Shown here piece after piece: positions 49,201-63,029 of a stretch of DNA of 64,000 nucleotides. The stretch spans positions 17,856,001-17,920,000 of the forward strand of contig OZ024757.1 of NCBI GenBank assembly GCA_964016885.1, given 5' to 3'. Position 1 is the first letter of the stretch; each line of letters opens with the position of its first letter. Origin of the DNA: Eledone cirrhosa. Its lineage: Eukaryota. The position numbers were made by a program, and so were the translations under genes. The notes under the pieces are model-generated. The model was not told the DNA's origin. It did not search any database and saw nothing but the letters and a program-made list of their open reading frames with translations.

Positions 49201-52200
49201 CTACCACAAACCTATCAGTAGGGATGTGGTCTGGGAACCAAGAACACATGAAGTCTCCACTGCTGAAGGCTCTACCACAAACCTATCAGTAGGGATGTGG
49301 TCTGGGGGCCAAGAATACATGAAGTCTCCACTGCTGAAGGCTCTACCACAAACCTATCAGTAGGGATGTGGTCTGGGGGCCAAGAACACATGAAGTCTCC
49401 ACTGCTGAAGGCTCTACCACAAACCTATCAGTAGGGATGTGGTCTGGGGGCCAAGAACACATGAAGTCTCCACTGCTGAAGGCTCTACCACAAACCTATC
49501 TGTAGGGATGTGGTCTGGGGGCCAAGAACACTGGAAGTCTCCACTGCTGAAGGCTCTACCACAAACCTATCAGTAGGGATGTGGTCTGGGGACCAAGAAC
49601 ACATGAAGTCTCCACTGCTGAAGGCTCTACCACAAACCTATCAGTAGGGATGTGGTCTGGGGGCCAAGAACACATGAAGTCTCCACTGCTGAAGGCTCTA
49701 CCACAAACCTATCTGTAGGGATGTGGTCTGGGGGCCAAGAACACTGGAAGTCTCCACTGCTGAAGGCTCTACCACAAACCTATCAGTAGGGATGTGGTCT
49801 GGGGGCCAAGAATACTGGAAGTCTCCACTGCTGAAGGCTCTACCACAAACCTATCAGTAGGGATGTGGTCTGGGGGCCAAGAATACTGGAAGTCTCCACT
49901 GCTGAAGGCTCTACCACAAACCTATCTGTAGGGATGTGGTCTGGGGGCCTAGAATACTGGAAGTCTCCACTGCTGAAGGCTCTACCACAAACCTATCAGT
50001 AGGGATGTGGTCTGGGGGCCAAGAACACATGAAGTCTCCACTGCTGAAGGCTCTACCACAAACCTATCAGTAGGGATGTGGTCTGGGGGCCAAGAACACA
50101 TGAAGTCTCCACTGCTGAAGGCTCTACCACAAACCTATCAGTAGGGATGTGGTCTGGGGGCCAAGAATACTGGAAGTCTCCACTGCTGAAGGCTCTACCA
50201 CAAACCTATCAGTAGGGATGTGGTCTGGGGGCCAAGAATACTGGAAGTCTCCACTGCTGAAGGCTCTACCACAAACCTATCAGTAGGGATGTGGTCTGGG
50301 GGCCAAGAACACATGAAGTCTCCACTGCTGAAGGCTCTACCACAAACCTATCAGTAGGGATGTGGTCTGGGGGCCAAGAATACTGGAAGTCTCCACTGCT
50401 GAAGGCTCTACCACAAACCTATCTGTAGGGATGTGGTCTGGGGGCCAAGAATACTGGAAGTCTCCACTGCTGAAGGCTCTACCACAAACCTATCAGTAGG
50501 GATGTGGTCTGGGGGCCAAGAATACTGGAAGTCTCCACTGCTGAAGGCTCTACCACAAACCTATCAGTAGGGATGTGGTCTGGGGGCCTAGAATACTGGA
50601 AGTCTCCACTGCTGAAGGCTCTACCACAAACCTATCAGTAGGGATGTGGTCTGGGGGCCAAGAACACATGAAGTCTCCACTGCTGAAGGCTCTACCACAA
50701 ACCTATCAGTAGGGATGTGGTCTGGGGGCCAAGAATACTGGAAGTCTCCACTGCTGAAGGCTCTACCACAAACCTATCAGTAGGGATGTGGTCTGGGGGC
50801 CAAGAATACTGGAAGTCTCCACTGCTGAAGGCTCTACCACAAACCTATCTGTAGGGATGTGGTCTGGGGGCCAAGAACACATGAAGTCTCCACTGCTGAA
50901 GGCTCTACCACAAACCTATCTGTAGGGATGTGGTCTGGGGGCCAAGAATACTGGAAGTCTCCACTGCTGAAGGCTCTACCACAAACCTATCAGTAGGGAT
51001 GTGGTCTGGGGGCCAAGAACACATGAAGTCTCCACTGCTGAAGGCTCTACCACAAACCTATCAGTAGGGATGTGGTCTGGGGGCCAAGAATACTGGAAGT
51101 CTCCACTGCTGAAGGCTCTACCACAAACCTATCAGTAGGGATGTGGTCTGGGGGCCAAGAATACTGGAAGTCTCCACTGCTGAAGGCTCTACCACAAACC
51201 TATCTGTAGGGATGTGGTCTGGGGGCCAAGAACACATGAAGTCTCCACTGCTGAAGGCTCTACCACAAACCTATCTGTAGGGATGTGGTCTGGGGGCCAA
51301 GAATACTGGAAGTCTCCACTGCTGAAGGCTCTACCACAAACCTATCAGTAGGGATGTGGTCTGGGGGCCAAGAATACTGGAAGTCTCCACTGCTGAAGGC
51401 TCTACCACAAACCTATCAGTAGGGATGTGGTCTGGGGGCCAAGAATACTGGAAGTCTCCACTGCTGAAGGCTCTACCACAAACCTATCAGTAGGGATGTG
51501 GTCTGGGGGCCAAGAATACTGGAAGTCTCCACTGCTGAAGGCTCTACCACAAACCTATCAGTAGGGATGTGGTCTGGGGGCCAAGAATACTGGAAGTCTC
51601 CACTGCTGAAGGCTCTACCACAAACCTATCAGTAGGGATGTGGTCTGGGGGCCAAGAACACATGAAGTCTCCACTGCTGAAGGCTCTACCACAAACCTAT
51701 CAGTAGGGATGTGGTCTGGGGGCCAAGAATACTGGAAGTCTCCACTGCTGAAGGCTCTACCACAAACCTATCAGTAGGGATGTGGTCTGGGGGCCAAGAA
51801 TACTGGAAGTCTCCACTGCTGAAGGCTCTACCACAAACCTATCTGTAGGGATGTGGTCTGGGGGCCAAGAACACATGAAGTCTCCACTGCTGAAGGCTCT
51901 ACCACAAACCTATCAGTAGGGATGTGGTCTGGGGGCCAAGAACACATGAAGTCTCCACTGCTGAAGGCTCTACCACAAACCTATCAGTAGGGATGTGGTC
52001 TGGAGGCCAAGAATACTGGAAGTCTCCACTGCTGAAGGCTCTACCACAAACCTATCAGTAGGGATGTGGTCTGGGGGCCAAGAACACATGAAGTCTCCAC
52101 TGCTGAAGGCTCTACCACAAACCTATCAGTAGGGATGTGGTCTGGGGGCCAAGAATACTGGAAGTCTCCACTGCTGAAGGCTCTACCACAAACCTATCAG

Positions 52201-55200
52201 TAGGGATGTGGTCTGGGGGCCAAGAATACTGGAAGTCTCCACTGCTGAAGGCTCTACCACAAACCTATCTGTAGGGATGTGGTCTGGGGGCCAAGAACAC
52301 ATGAAGTCTCCACTGCTGAAGGCTCTACCACAAACCTATCAGTAGGGATGTGGTCTGGGGGCCAAGAATACTGGAAGTCTCCACTGCTGAAGGCTCTACC
52401 ACAAACCTATCAGTAGGGATGTGGTCTGGGGGCCAAGAATACTGGAAGTCTCCACTGCTGAAGGCTCTACCACAAACCTATCAGTAGGGATGTGGTCTGG
52501 GGGCCAAGAATACTGGAAGTCTCCACTGCTGAAGGCTCTACCACAAACCTATCAGTAGGGATGTGGTTTGGGGGCCAAGAATACTGGAAGTCTCCACTGC
52601 TGAAGGCTCTACCACAAACCTATCAGTAGGGATGTGGTCTGGGGGCCAAGAATACTGGAAGTCTCCACTGCTGAAGGCTCTACCACAAACCTATCTGTAG
52701 GGATGTGGTCTGGGGGCCAAGAATACTGGAAGTCTCCACTGCTGAAGCCTCTACCACAAACCTATCAGTAGGGATGTGGTCTGGGGGCCAAGAATACTGG
52801 AAGTCTCCACTGCTGAAGGCTCTACCACAAACCTATCAGTAGGGATGTGGTCTGGGGGCCTAGAATACTGGAAGTCTCCACTGCTGAAGGCTCTACCACA
52901 AACCTATCAGTAGGGATGTGGTCTGGGGGCCAAGAATACTGGAAGTCTCCACTGCTGAAGCCTCTACCACAAACCTATCTGTAGGGATGTGGTCTGGGGG
53001 CCAAGAATACTGGAAGTCTCCACTGCTGAAGGCTCTACCACAAACCTATCAGTAGGGATGTGGTCTGGGGGCCAAGAATACTGGAAGTCTCCACTGCTGA
53101 AGCCTCTACCACAAACCTATCAGTAGGGATGTGGTCTGGGTCCAAGAATACTGGAAGTCTCCACTGCTGAAGGCTCTACCACAAACCTATCAGTAGGGAT
53201 GTGGTCTGGGGGCCAAGAATACTGGAAGTCTCCACTGCTGAAGGCTCTACCACAAACCTATCTGTAGGGATGTGGTCTGGGGGCCAAGAACACATGAAGT
53301 CTCCACTGCTGAAGGCTCTACCACAAACCTATCAGTAGGGATGTGGTCTGGGGGCCAAGAATACTGGAAGTCTCCACTGCTGAAGGCTCTACCACAAACC
53401 TATCTGTAGGGATGTGGTCTGGGGGCCAAGAACACATGAAGTCTCCACTGCTGAAGGCTCTACCACAAACCTATCAGTAGGGATGTGGTCTGGGGGCCAA
53501 GAACACATGAAGTCTCCACTGCTGAAGGCTCTACCACAAACCTATCAGTAGGGATGTGGTCTGGGGGCCAAGAATACTGGAAGTCTCCACTGCTGAAGGC
53601 TCTACCACAAACCTATCAGTAGGGATGTGGTCTGGGGGCCAAGAATACTGGAAGTCTCCACTGCTGAAGGCTCTACCACAAACCTATCAGTAGGGATGTG
53701 GTCTGGGGGCCAAGAATACTGGAAGTCTCCACTGCTGAAGGCTCTACCACAAACCTATCAGTAGGGATGTGGTCTGGGGGCCAAGAATACTGGAAGTCTC
53801 CACTGCTGAAGGCTCTACCACAAACCTATCAGTAGGGATGTGGTCTGGGGGCCAAGAATACTGGAAGTCTCCACTGCTGAAGGCTCTACCACAAACCTAT
53901 CAGTAGGGATGTGGTCTGGGGGCCAAGAATACTGGAAGTCTCCACTGCTGAAGCCTCTACCACAAACCTATCAGTAGGGATGTGGTCTGGGGACCAAGAA
54001 TACTGGAAGTCTCCACTGCTGAAGGCTCTACCACAAACCTATCAGTAGGGATGTGGTCTGGGGGCCTAGAATACTGGAAGTCTCCACTGCTGAAGGCTCT
54101 ACCACAAACCTATCAGTAGGGATGTGGTCTGGGGGCCTAGAATACTGGAAGTCTCCACTGCTGAAGGCTCTACCACAAACCTATCTGTAGGGATGTGGTC
54201 TGGGGGCCAAGAACACATGAAGTCTCCACTGCTGAAGGCTCTACCACAAACCTATCAGTAGGGATGTGGTCTGGGGGCCAAGAACACATGAAGTCTCCAC
54301 TGCTGAAGGCTCTACCACAAACCTATCAGTAGGGATGTGGTCTGGGGGCCAAGAATACTGGAAGTCTCCACTGCTGAAGGCTCTACCACAAACCTATCAG
54401 TAGGGATGTGGTCTGGGGGCCAAGAATACTGGAAGTCTCCACTGCTGAAGGCTCTACCACAAACCTATCAGTAGGGATGTGGTCTGGGGGCCAAGAATAC
54501 TGGAAGTCTCCACTGCTGAAGGCTCTACCACAAACCTATCAGTAGGGATGTGGTCTGGGGGCCAAGAATACTGGAAGTCTCCACTGCTGAAGGCTCTACC
54601 ACAAACCTATCAGTAGGGATGTGGTCTGGGGGCCAAGAACACATGAAGTCTCCACTGCTGAAGGCTCTACCACAAACCTATCAGTAGGGATGTGGTCTGG
54701 GGGCCAAGAATACTGGAAGTCTCCACTGCTGAAGGCTCTACCACAAACCTATCAGTAGGGATGTGGTCTGGGGGCCAAGAATACTGGAAGTCTCCACTGC
54801 TGAAGGCTCTACCACAAACCTATCAGTAGGGATGTGGTCTGGGGGCCTAGAATACTGGAAGTCTCCACTGCTGAAGGCTCTACCACAAACCTATCAGTAG
54901 GGATGTGGTCTGGGGGCCAAGAATACTGGAAGTCTCCACTGCTGAAGGCTCTACCACAAACCTATCAGTAGGGATGTGGTCTGGGGGCCAAGAATACTGG
55001 AAGTCTCCACTGCTGAAGGCTCTACCACAAACCTATCAGTAGGGATGTGGTCTGGGGGCCTAGAATACTGGAAGTCTCCACTGCTGAAGGCTCTACCACA
55101 AACCTATCAGTAGGGATGTGGTCTGGGGGCCAAGAATACTGGAAGTCTCCACTGCTGAAGCCTCTACCACAAACCTATCTGTAGGGATGTGGTCTGGGGG

Positions 55201-58200
55201 CCAAGAATACTGGAAGTCTCCACTGCTGAAGGCTCTACCACAAACCTATCAGTAGGGATGTGGTCTGGGGGCCAAGAATACTGGAAGTCTCCACTGCTGA
55301 AGGCTCTACCACAAACCTATCAGTAGGGATGTGGTCTGGGGGCCAAGAATAGTGGAAGTCTCCACTGCTGAAGGCTCTACCACAAACCTATCAGTAGGGA
55401 TGTGGTCTGGGGGCCAAGAATAGTGGAAGTCTCCACTGCTGAAGGCTCTACCACAAACCTATCAGTAGGGATGTGGTCTGGGGGCCTAGAATACTGGAAG
55501 TCTCCACTGCTGAAGCCTCTACCACAAACCTATCAGTAGGGATGTGGTCTGGGGGCCAAGAATACTGGAAGTCTCCACTGCTGAAGGCTCTACCACAAAC
55601 CTATCAGTAGGGATGTGGTCTGGGGGCCAAGAATACTGGAAGTCTCCACTGCTGAAGGCTCTACCACAAACCTATCAGTAGGGATGTGGTCTGGGGGCCT
55701 AGAATACTGGAAGTCTCCACTGCTGAAGGCTCTACCACAAACCTATCAGTAGGGATGTGGTCTGGGGGCCTAGAATACTGGAAGTCTCCACTGCTGAAGG
55801 CTCTACCACAAACCTATCTGTAGGGATGTGGTCTGGGGGCCAAGAACACATGAAGTCTCCACTGCTGAAGGCTCTACCACAAACCTATCAGTAGGGATGT
55901 GGTCTGGGGGCCAAGAACACATGAAGTCTCCACTGCTGAAGGCTCTACCACAAACCTATCAGTAGGGATGTGGTCTGGGGGCCAAGAATACTGGAAGTCT
56001 CCACTGCTGAAGGCTCTACCACAAACCTATCAGTAGGGATGTGGTCTGGGGGCCAAGAATACTGGAAGTCTCCACTGCTGAAGGCTCTACCACAAACCTA
56101 TCAGTAGGGATGTGGTCTGGGGGCCAAGAATACTGGAAGTCTCCACTGCTGAAGGCTCTACCACAAACCTATCAGTAGGGATGTGGTCTGGGGGCCAAGA
56201 ATACTGGAAGTCTCCACTGCTGAAGGCTCTACCACAAACCTATCAGTAGGGATGTGGTCTGGGGGCCAAGAACACATGAAGTCTCCACTGCTGAAGGCTC
56301 TACCACAAACCTATCAGTAGGGATGTGGTCTGGGGGCCAAGAATACTGGAAGTCTCCACTGCTGAAGGCTCTACCACAAACCTATCAGTAGGGATGTGGT
56401 CTGGGGGCCAAGAATACTGGAAGTCTCCACTGCTGAAGGCTCTACCACAAACCTATCAGTAGGGATGTGGTCTGGGGGCCTAGAATACTGGAAGTCTCCA
56501 CTGCTGAAGGCTCTACCACAAACCTATCAGTAGGGATGTGGTCTGGGGGCCAAGAATACTGGAAGTCTCCACTGCTGAAGGCTCTACCACAAACCTATCA
56601 GTAGGGATGTGGTCTGGGGGCCAAGAATACTGGAAGTCTCCACTGCTGAAGGCTCTACCACAAACCTATCAGTAGGGATGTGGTCTGGGGGCCTAGAATA
56701 CTGGAAGTCTCCACTGCTGAAGGCTCTACCACAAACCTATCAGTAGGGATGTGGTCTGGGGGCCAAGAATACTGGAAGTCTCCACTGCTGAAGCCTCTAC
56801 CACAAACCTATCTGTAGGGATGTGGTCTGGGGGCCAAGAATACTGGAAGTCTCCACTGCTGAAGGCTCTACCACAAACCTATCAGTAGGGATGTGGTCTG
56901 GGGGCCAAGAATACTGGAAGTCTCCACTGCTGAAGGCTCTACCACAAACCTATCAGTAGGGATGTGGTCTGGGGGCCAAGAATAGTGGAAGTCTCCACTG
57001 CTGAAGGCTCTACCACAAACCTATCAGTAGGGATGTGGTCTGGGGGCCAAGAATAGTGGAAGTCTCCACTGCTGAAGGCTCTACCACAAACCTATCAGTA
57101 GGGATGTGGTCTGGGGGCCTAGAATACTGGAAGTCTCCACTGCTGAAGCCTCTACCACAAACCTATCAGTAGGGATGTGGTCTGGGGGCCAAGAATACTG
57201 GAAGTCTCCACTGCTGAAGGCTCTACCACAAACCTATCAGTAGGGATGTGGTCTGGGGGCCAAGAATACTGGAAGTCTCCACTGCTGAAGGCTCTACCAC
57301 AAACCTATCAGTAGGGATGTGGTCTGGGGGCCAAGAATACTGGAAGTCTCCACTGCTGAAGCCTCTACCACAAACCTATCTGTAGGGATGTGGTCTGGGG
57401 GCCAAGAATACCGGAAGTCTCCACTGCTGAAGGCTCTACCACAAACCTATCTGTAGGGATGTGGTCTGGGGGCCTAGAATACTGGAAGTCTCCACTGCTG
57501 AAGGCTCTACCACAAACCTATCAGTAGGGATGTGGTCTGGGGGCCAAGAATACTAGAAGTCTCCACTGCTGAAGGCTCTACCACAAACCTATCAGTAGGG
57601 ATGTGGTCTGGGGGCCTAGAATACTGGAAGTCTCCACTGCTGAAGCCTCTACCACAAACCTATCTGTAGGGATGTGGTCTGGGGGCCAAGAATACTGGAA
57701 GTCTCCACTGCTGAAGCCTCTACCACAAACCTATCTGTAGGGATGTGGTCTGGGGGCCAAGAATACCGGAAGTCTCCACTGCTGAAGGCTCTACCACAAA
57801 CCTATCTGTAGGGATGTGGTCTGGGGGCCTAGAATACTGGAAGTCTCCACTGCTGAAGGCTCTACCACAAACCTATCAGTAGGGATGTGGTCTGGGGGCC
57901 AAGAATACTAGAAGTCTCCACTGCTGAAGGCTCTACCACAAACCTATCTGTAGGGATGTGGTCTGGGGACCAAGAACACATGAAGTCTCCACTGCTGAAG
58001 GCTCTACCACAAACCTATCTGTAGGGATGTGGTCTGGGGGCCTAGAATACTGGAAGTCTCCACTGCTGAAGGCTCTACCACAAACCTATCTGTAGGGATG
58101 TGGTCTGGGGGCCAAGAACACATGAAGTCTCCACTGCTGAAGGCTCTACCACAAACCTATCAGTAGGGATGTGGTCTGGGGGCCAAGAACACATGAAGTC

Positions 58201-61200
58201 TCCACTGCTGAAGGCTCTACCACAAACCTATCAGTAGGGATGTGGTCTGGGGGCCAAGAACACATGAAGTCTCCACTGCTGAAGGCTCTACCACAAACCT
58301 ATCAGTAGGGATGTGGTCTGGGGGCCAAGAATACTGGAAGTCTCCACTGCTGAAGGCTCTACAATAAACCTATCAGTAGGGATGTGGTCTGGGGGCCAAG
58401 AATACCGGAAGTCTCCACTGCTGAAGGCTCTACCACAAACCTATCAGTAGGGATGTGGTCTGGGGGCCAAGAATACTGGAACTCTCCACTGCTGAAGGCT
58501 CTACCACAAACCTATCAGTAGGGATGTGGTCTGGGGGCCAAGAACACATGAAGTCTCCACTGCTGAAGGCTCTACCACAAACCTATCAGTAGGGATGTGG
58601 TCTGGGGGCCAAGAACACATGAAGTCTCCACTGCTGAAGGCTCTACCACAAACCTATCAGTAGGGATGTGGTCTGGGGGCCAAGAATACTGGAAGTCTCC
58701 ACTGCTGAAGGCTCTACAATAAACCTATCAGTAGGGATGTGGTCTGGGGGCCAAGAATACCGGAAGTCTCCACTGCTGAAGGCTCTACCACAAACCTATC
58801 AGTAGGGATGTGGTCTGGGGGCCAAGAATACTGGAACTCTCCACTGCTGAAGGCTCTACCACAAACCTATCAGTAGGGATGTGGTCTGCGGGCCAAGAAC
58901 ACATGAAGTCTCCACTGCTGAAGGCTCTACCACAAACCTATCAGTAGGGATGTGGTCTGGGGGCCAAGAACACATGAAGTCTCCACTGCTGAAGGCTCTA
59001 CCACAAACCTATCAGTAGGGATGTGGTCTGGGGGCCAAGAACACATGAAGTCTCCACTGCTGAAGGCTCTACCACAAACCTATCAGTAGGGATGTGGTCT
59101 GGGGGCCAAGAATACTGGAAGTCTCCACTGCTGAAGGCTCTACCACAAACCTATCAGTAGGGATGTGGTCTGGGGGCCAAGAACACATGAAGTCTCCACT
59201 GCTGAAGGCTCTACCACAAACCTATCTGTAGGGATGTGGTCTGGGGGCCAAGAATACTGGAAGTCTCCACTGCTGAAGGCTCTACCACAAACCTATCAGT
59301 AGGGATGTGGTCTGGGGGCCAAGAACACATGAAGTCTCCACTGCTGAAGGCTCTACCACAAACCTATCAGTAGGGATGTGGTCTGGGGGCCAAGAATACT
59401 GGAAGTCTCCACTGCTGAAGGCTCTACCACAAACCTATCTGTAGGGATGTGGTCTGGGTGCCAAGAATACTGGAAGTCTCCACTGCTGAAGGCTCTACCA
59501 CAAACCTATCAGTAGGGATGTGGTCTGGGGGCCAAGAACACATGAAGTCTCCACTGCTGAAGGCTCTACCACAAACCTATCAGTAGGGATGTGGTCTGGG
59601 GGCCAAGAACACATGAAGTCTCCACTGCTGAAGGCTCTACCACAAACCTATCAGTAGGGATGTGGTCTGGGGGCCAAGAACACATGAAGTCTCCACTGCT
59701 GAAGGCTCTACCACAAACCTATCTGTAGGGATGTGGTCTGGGGGCCAAGAACACATGAAGTCTCCACTGCTGAAGCCTCTACCACAAACCTATCTGTAGG
59801 GATGTGGTCTGGGGGCCAAGAATACTGGAAGTCTCCACTGCTGAAGGCTCTACCACAAACCTATCAGTAGGGATGTGGTCTGGGGGCCAAGAATACTGGA
59901 AGTCTCCACTGCTGAAGGCTCTACCACAAACCTATCAGTAGGGATGTGGTCTGGGGGCCTAGAATACTGGAAGTCTCCACTGCTGAAGGCTCTACCACAA
60001 ACCTATCTGTAGGGATGTGGTCTGGGGGCCAAGAATACTGGAAGTCTCCACTGCTGAAGGCTCTACCACAAACCTATCTGTAGGGATGTGGTCTGGGGGC
60101 CAAGAATACTGGAAGTCTCCACTGCTGAAGGCTCTACCACAAACCTATCAGTAGGGATGTGGTCTGGGGGCCAAGAATACTGGAAGTCTCCACTGCTGAA
60201 GGCTCTACCACAAACCTATCAGTAGGGATGTGGTCTGGGGGCCAAGAATACATGAAGTCTCCACTGCTGAAGGCTCTACCACAAACCTATCTGTAGGGAT
60301 GTGGTCTGGGGGCCAAGAACACATGAAGTCTCCACTGCTGAAGGCTCTACCACAAACCTATCTGTAGGGATGTTGTCTGGGGGCCAAGAATACATGAAGT
60401 CTCCACTGCTGAAGGCTCTACCACAAACCTATCAGTAGGGATGTGGTTTGGGGGCCAAGAATACTGGAAGTCTCCACTGCTGAAGGCTCTACCACAAACC
60501 TATCAGTAGGGATGTGGTCTGGGGGCCAAGAATAGTGGAAGTCTCCACTGCTGAAGGCTCTACCACAAACCTATCAGTAGGGATGTGGTCTGGGGGCCAA
60601 GAATAGTGGAAGTCTCCACTGCTGAAGGCTCTACCACAAACCTATCAGTAGGGATGTGGTCTGGGGGCCAAGAATACTGGAAGTCTCCACTGCTGAAGGC
60701 TCTACCACAAACCTATCTGTAGGGATGTGGTCTGGGGGCCAAGAACACATGAAGTCTCCACTGCTGAAGGCTCTACCACAAACCTATCAGTAGGGATGTG
60801 GTCTGGGGGCCAAGTATAGTGGAAGTCTCCACTGCTGAAGGCTCTACCACAAACCTATCAGTAGGGATGTGGTCTGGGGGCCAAGAATACTAGAAGTCTC
60901 CACTGCTGAAGGCTCTACCACAAACCTATCAGTAGGGATGTGGTCTGGGGGCCAAGAACACATGAAGTCTCCACTGCTGAAGGCTCTACCACAAACCTAT
61001 CTGTAGGGATGTGGTCTGGGGGCCAAGAATACTGGAAGTCTCCACTGCTGAAGGCTCTACAATAAACCTATCAGTAGGGATGTGGTCTGGGGGCCAAGAA
61101 TACTGGAAGTCTCCACTGCTGAAGGCTCTACCACAAACCTATCTGTAGGGATGTGGTCTGGGGTCCAAGAACACATGAAGTCTCCACTGCTGAAGGCTCT

Positions 61201-62745
61201 ACCACAAACCTATCTGTAGGGATGTGGTCTGGGGGCCAAGAACACATGAAGTCTCCACTGCTGAAGGCTCTACCACAAACCTATCAGTAGGGATGTGGTC
61301 TGGGGGCCAAGAATAGTGGAAGTCTCCACTGCTGAAGGCTCTACCACAAACCTATCAGTAGGGATGTGGTCTGGGGGCCAAGAATACTGGAAGTCTCCAC
61401 TGCTGAAGGCTCTACCACAAACCTATCTGTAGGGATGTGGTCTGGGGGCCAAGAACACATGAAGTCTCCACTGCTGAAGGCTCTACCACAAACCTATCAG
61501 TAGGGATGTGGTCTGGGGGCCAAGAATAGTGGAAGTCTCCACTGCTGAAGGCTCTACCACAAACCTATCAGTAGGGATGTGGTCTGGGGGCCAAGAATAC
61601 TGGAAGTCTCCACTGCTGAAGGCTCTACCACAAACCTATCTGTAGGGATGTGGTCTGGGGGCCAAGAACACATGAAGTCTCCACTGCTGAAGGCTCTACC
61701 ACAAACCTATCAGTAGGGATGTGGTCTGGGGGCCAAGAATACTGGAAGTCTCCACTGCTGAAGGCTCTACCACAAACCTATCTGTAGGGATGTGGTCTGG
61801 GGGCCTAGAATACTGTAAGTCTCCACTGCTGAAGGCTCTACCACAAACCTATCAGTAGGGATGTGGTCTGGGGGCCAAGAATACCGGAAGTCTCCACTGC
61901 TGAAGGCTCTACCACAAACCAATCTGTAGGGATGTGGTCTGGGGGCCAAGAATACCGGAAGTCTCCACTGCTGAAGGCTCTACCACAAACCTATCAGTAG
62001 GGATGTGGTCTGGGGGCCAAGAACACATGAAGTCTCCACTGCTGAAGGCTCTACCACAAACCTATCAGTAGGGATGTGGTCTGGGGGCCAAGAATACTGG
62101 AAGTCTCCACTGCTGAAGGCTCTACCACAAACCTATCTGTAGGGATGTGGTCTGGGGGCCAAGAATACCGGAAGTCTCCACTGCTGAAGGCTCTACCACA
62201 AACCTATCAGTAGGGATGTGGTCTGGGGGCCTAGAATACTGGAAGTTTCCACTGCTGAAGGCTCTACCACAAACCTATCTGTAGGGATGTGGTCTGGGGG
62301 CCAAGAATACTGGAAGTCTCCACTGCTGAAGGCTCTACCACAAACCTATCTGTAGGGATGTGGTCTGGGGGCCTAGAATACTGGAAGTTTCCACTGCTGA
62401 AGGCTCTACCACAAACCTATCTGTAGGGATGTGGTCTGGGGGCCAAGAACACTGGAAGTCTCCACTGCTGAAGGCTCTACCACAAACCTATCCGAAGTCT
62501 TCCCTACTTAAGTCTCTACCACAAGCCTATCCGAAAGCGGCCGATACTTGGAAAGTTTTCCCTCTTCGGTTTGGTGGGCAACAGAGCCTGGGTTGGTAGC
62601 CGAACACACCAGGTTGTCACATGTGTAGGGGTCACAGCATGTGGCATCCCAGATGAGGGGCCTAACTCCACAGAACGGGAAGATTGTCATACCGTCTCCC
62701 AATCCAGCCATACACGAGCTGGTTCGCGGATATTTGCTCACTCGA
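40215..62745 (-). mobile_element. CRE-like RLE fragment split by the 71-bp satellite (halves at 40215-40345 and 62490-62745)
   Basis: Right half DGMTIFPFCGVRPLIWDATCCD...KLSKYRPLSDR; left half TSLLTAI...SLLRGNPFSILSA; colinear with 32436-32865. Confidence 0.87.
40342..62492. repeat. 71-bp satellite, ~312 copies (~22 kb)
   Basis: Unit GAAGTCTCCACTGCTGAAGGCTCTACCACAAACCTATCAGTAGGGATGTGGTCTGGGGGCCAAGAATACTG (period 40375 to 40446). Confidence 0.98.
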
Positions 62746-62865
62746 CTCTGAAACAAAAATATGCTATAGCTTATATACTTTTGGTTTGTAAAATATCTGC
62801 TGGAGATGATTCTATGTAAGCATTTAATTAGCGTGTGTGTGTATGTGTGTGTCTGGCTGGCTGTT

Positions 62866-62915
<50 letters not shown>

Positions 62916-63029
62916 GACACACACACACATATATATTTGTTTTACAAGATTGTTATACTTCATGAAGGTCATGTTGCCATTAAAAACACACGCACCTGTC
63001 AGTTTTCTCTTCAATTTATAACAAATTTC

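Noticed and set aside
40342-62492. 71-bp array as a CRISPR-like array or repeat-protein gene
   Set aside because: No unique spacers or cas genes; the unit is not a multiple of 3 and frames close within a few units.
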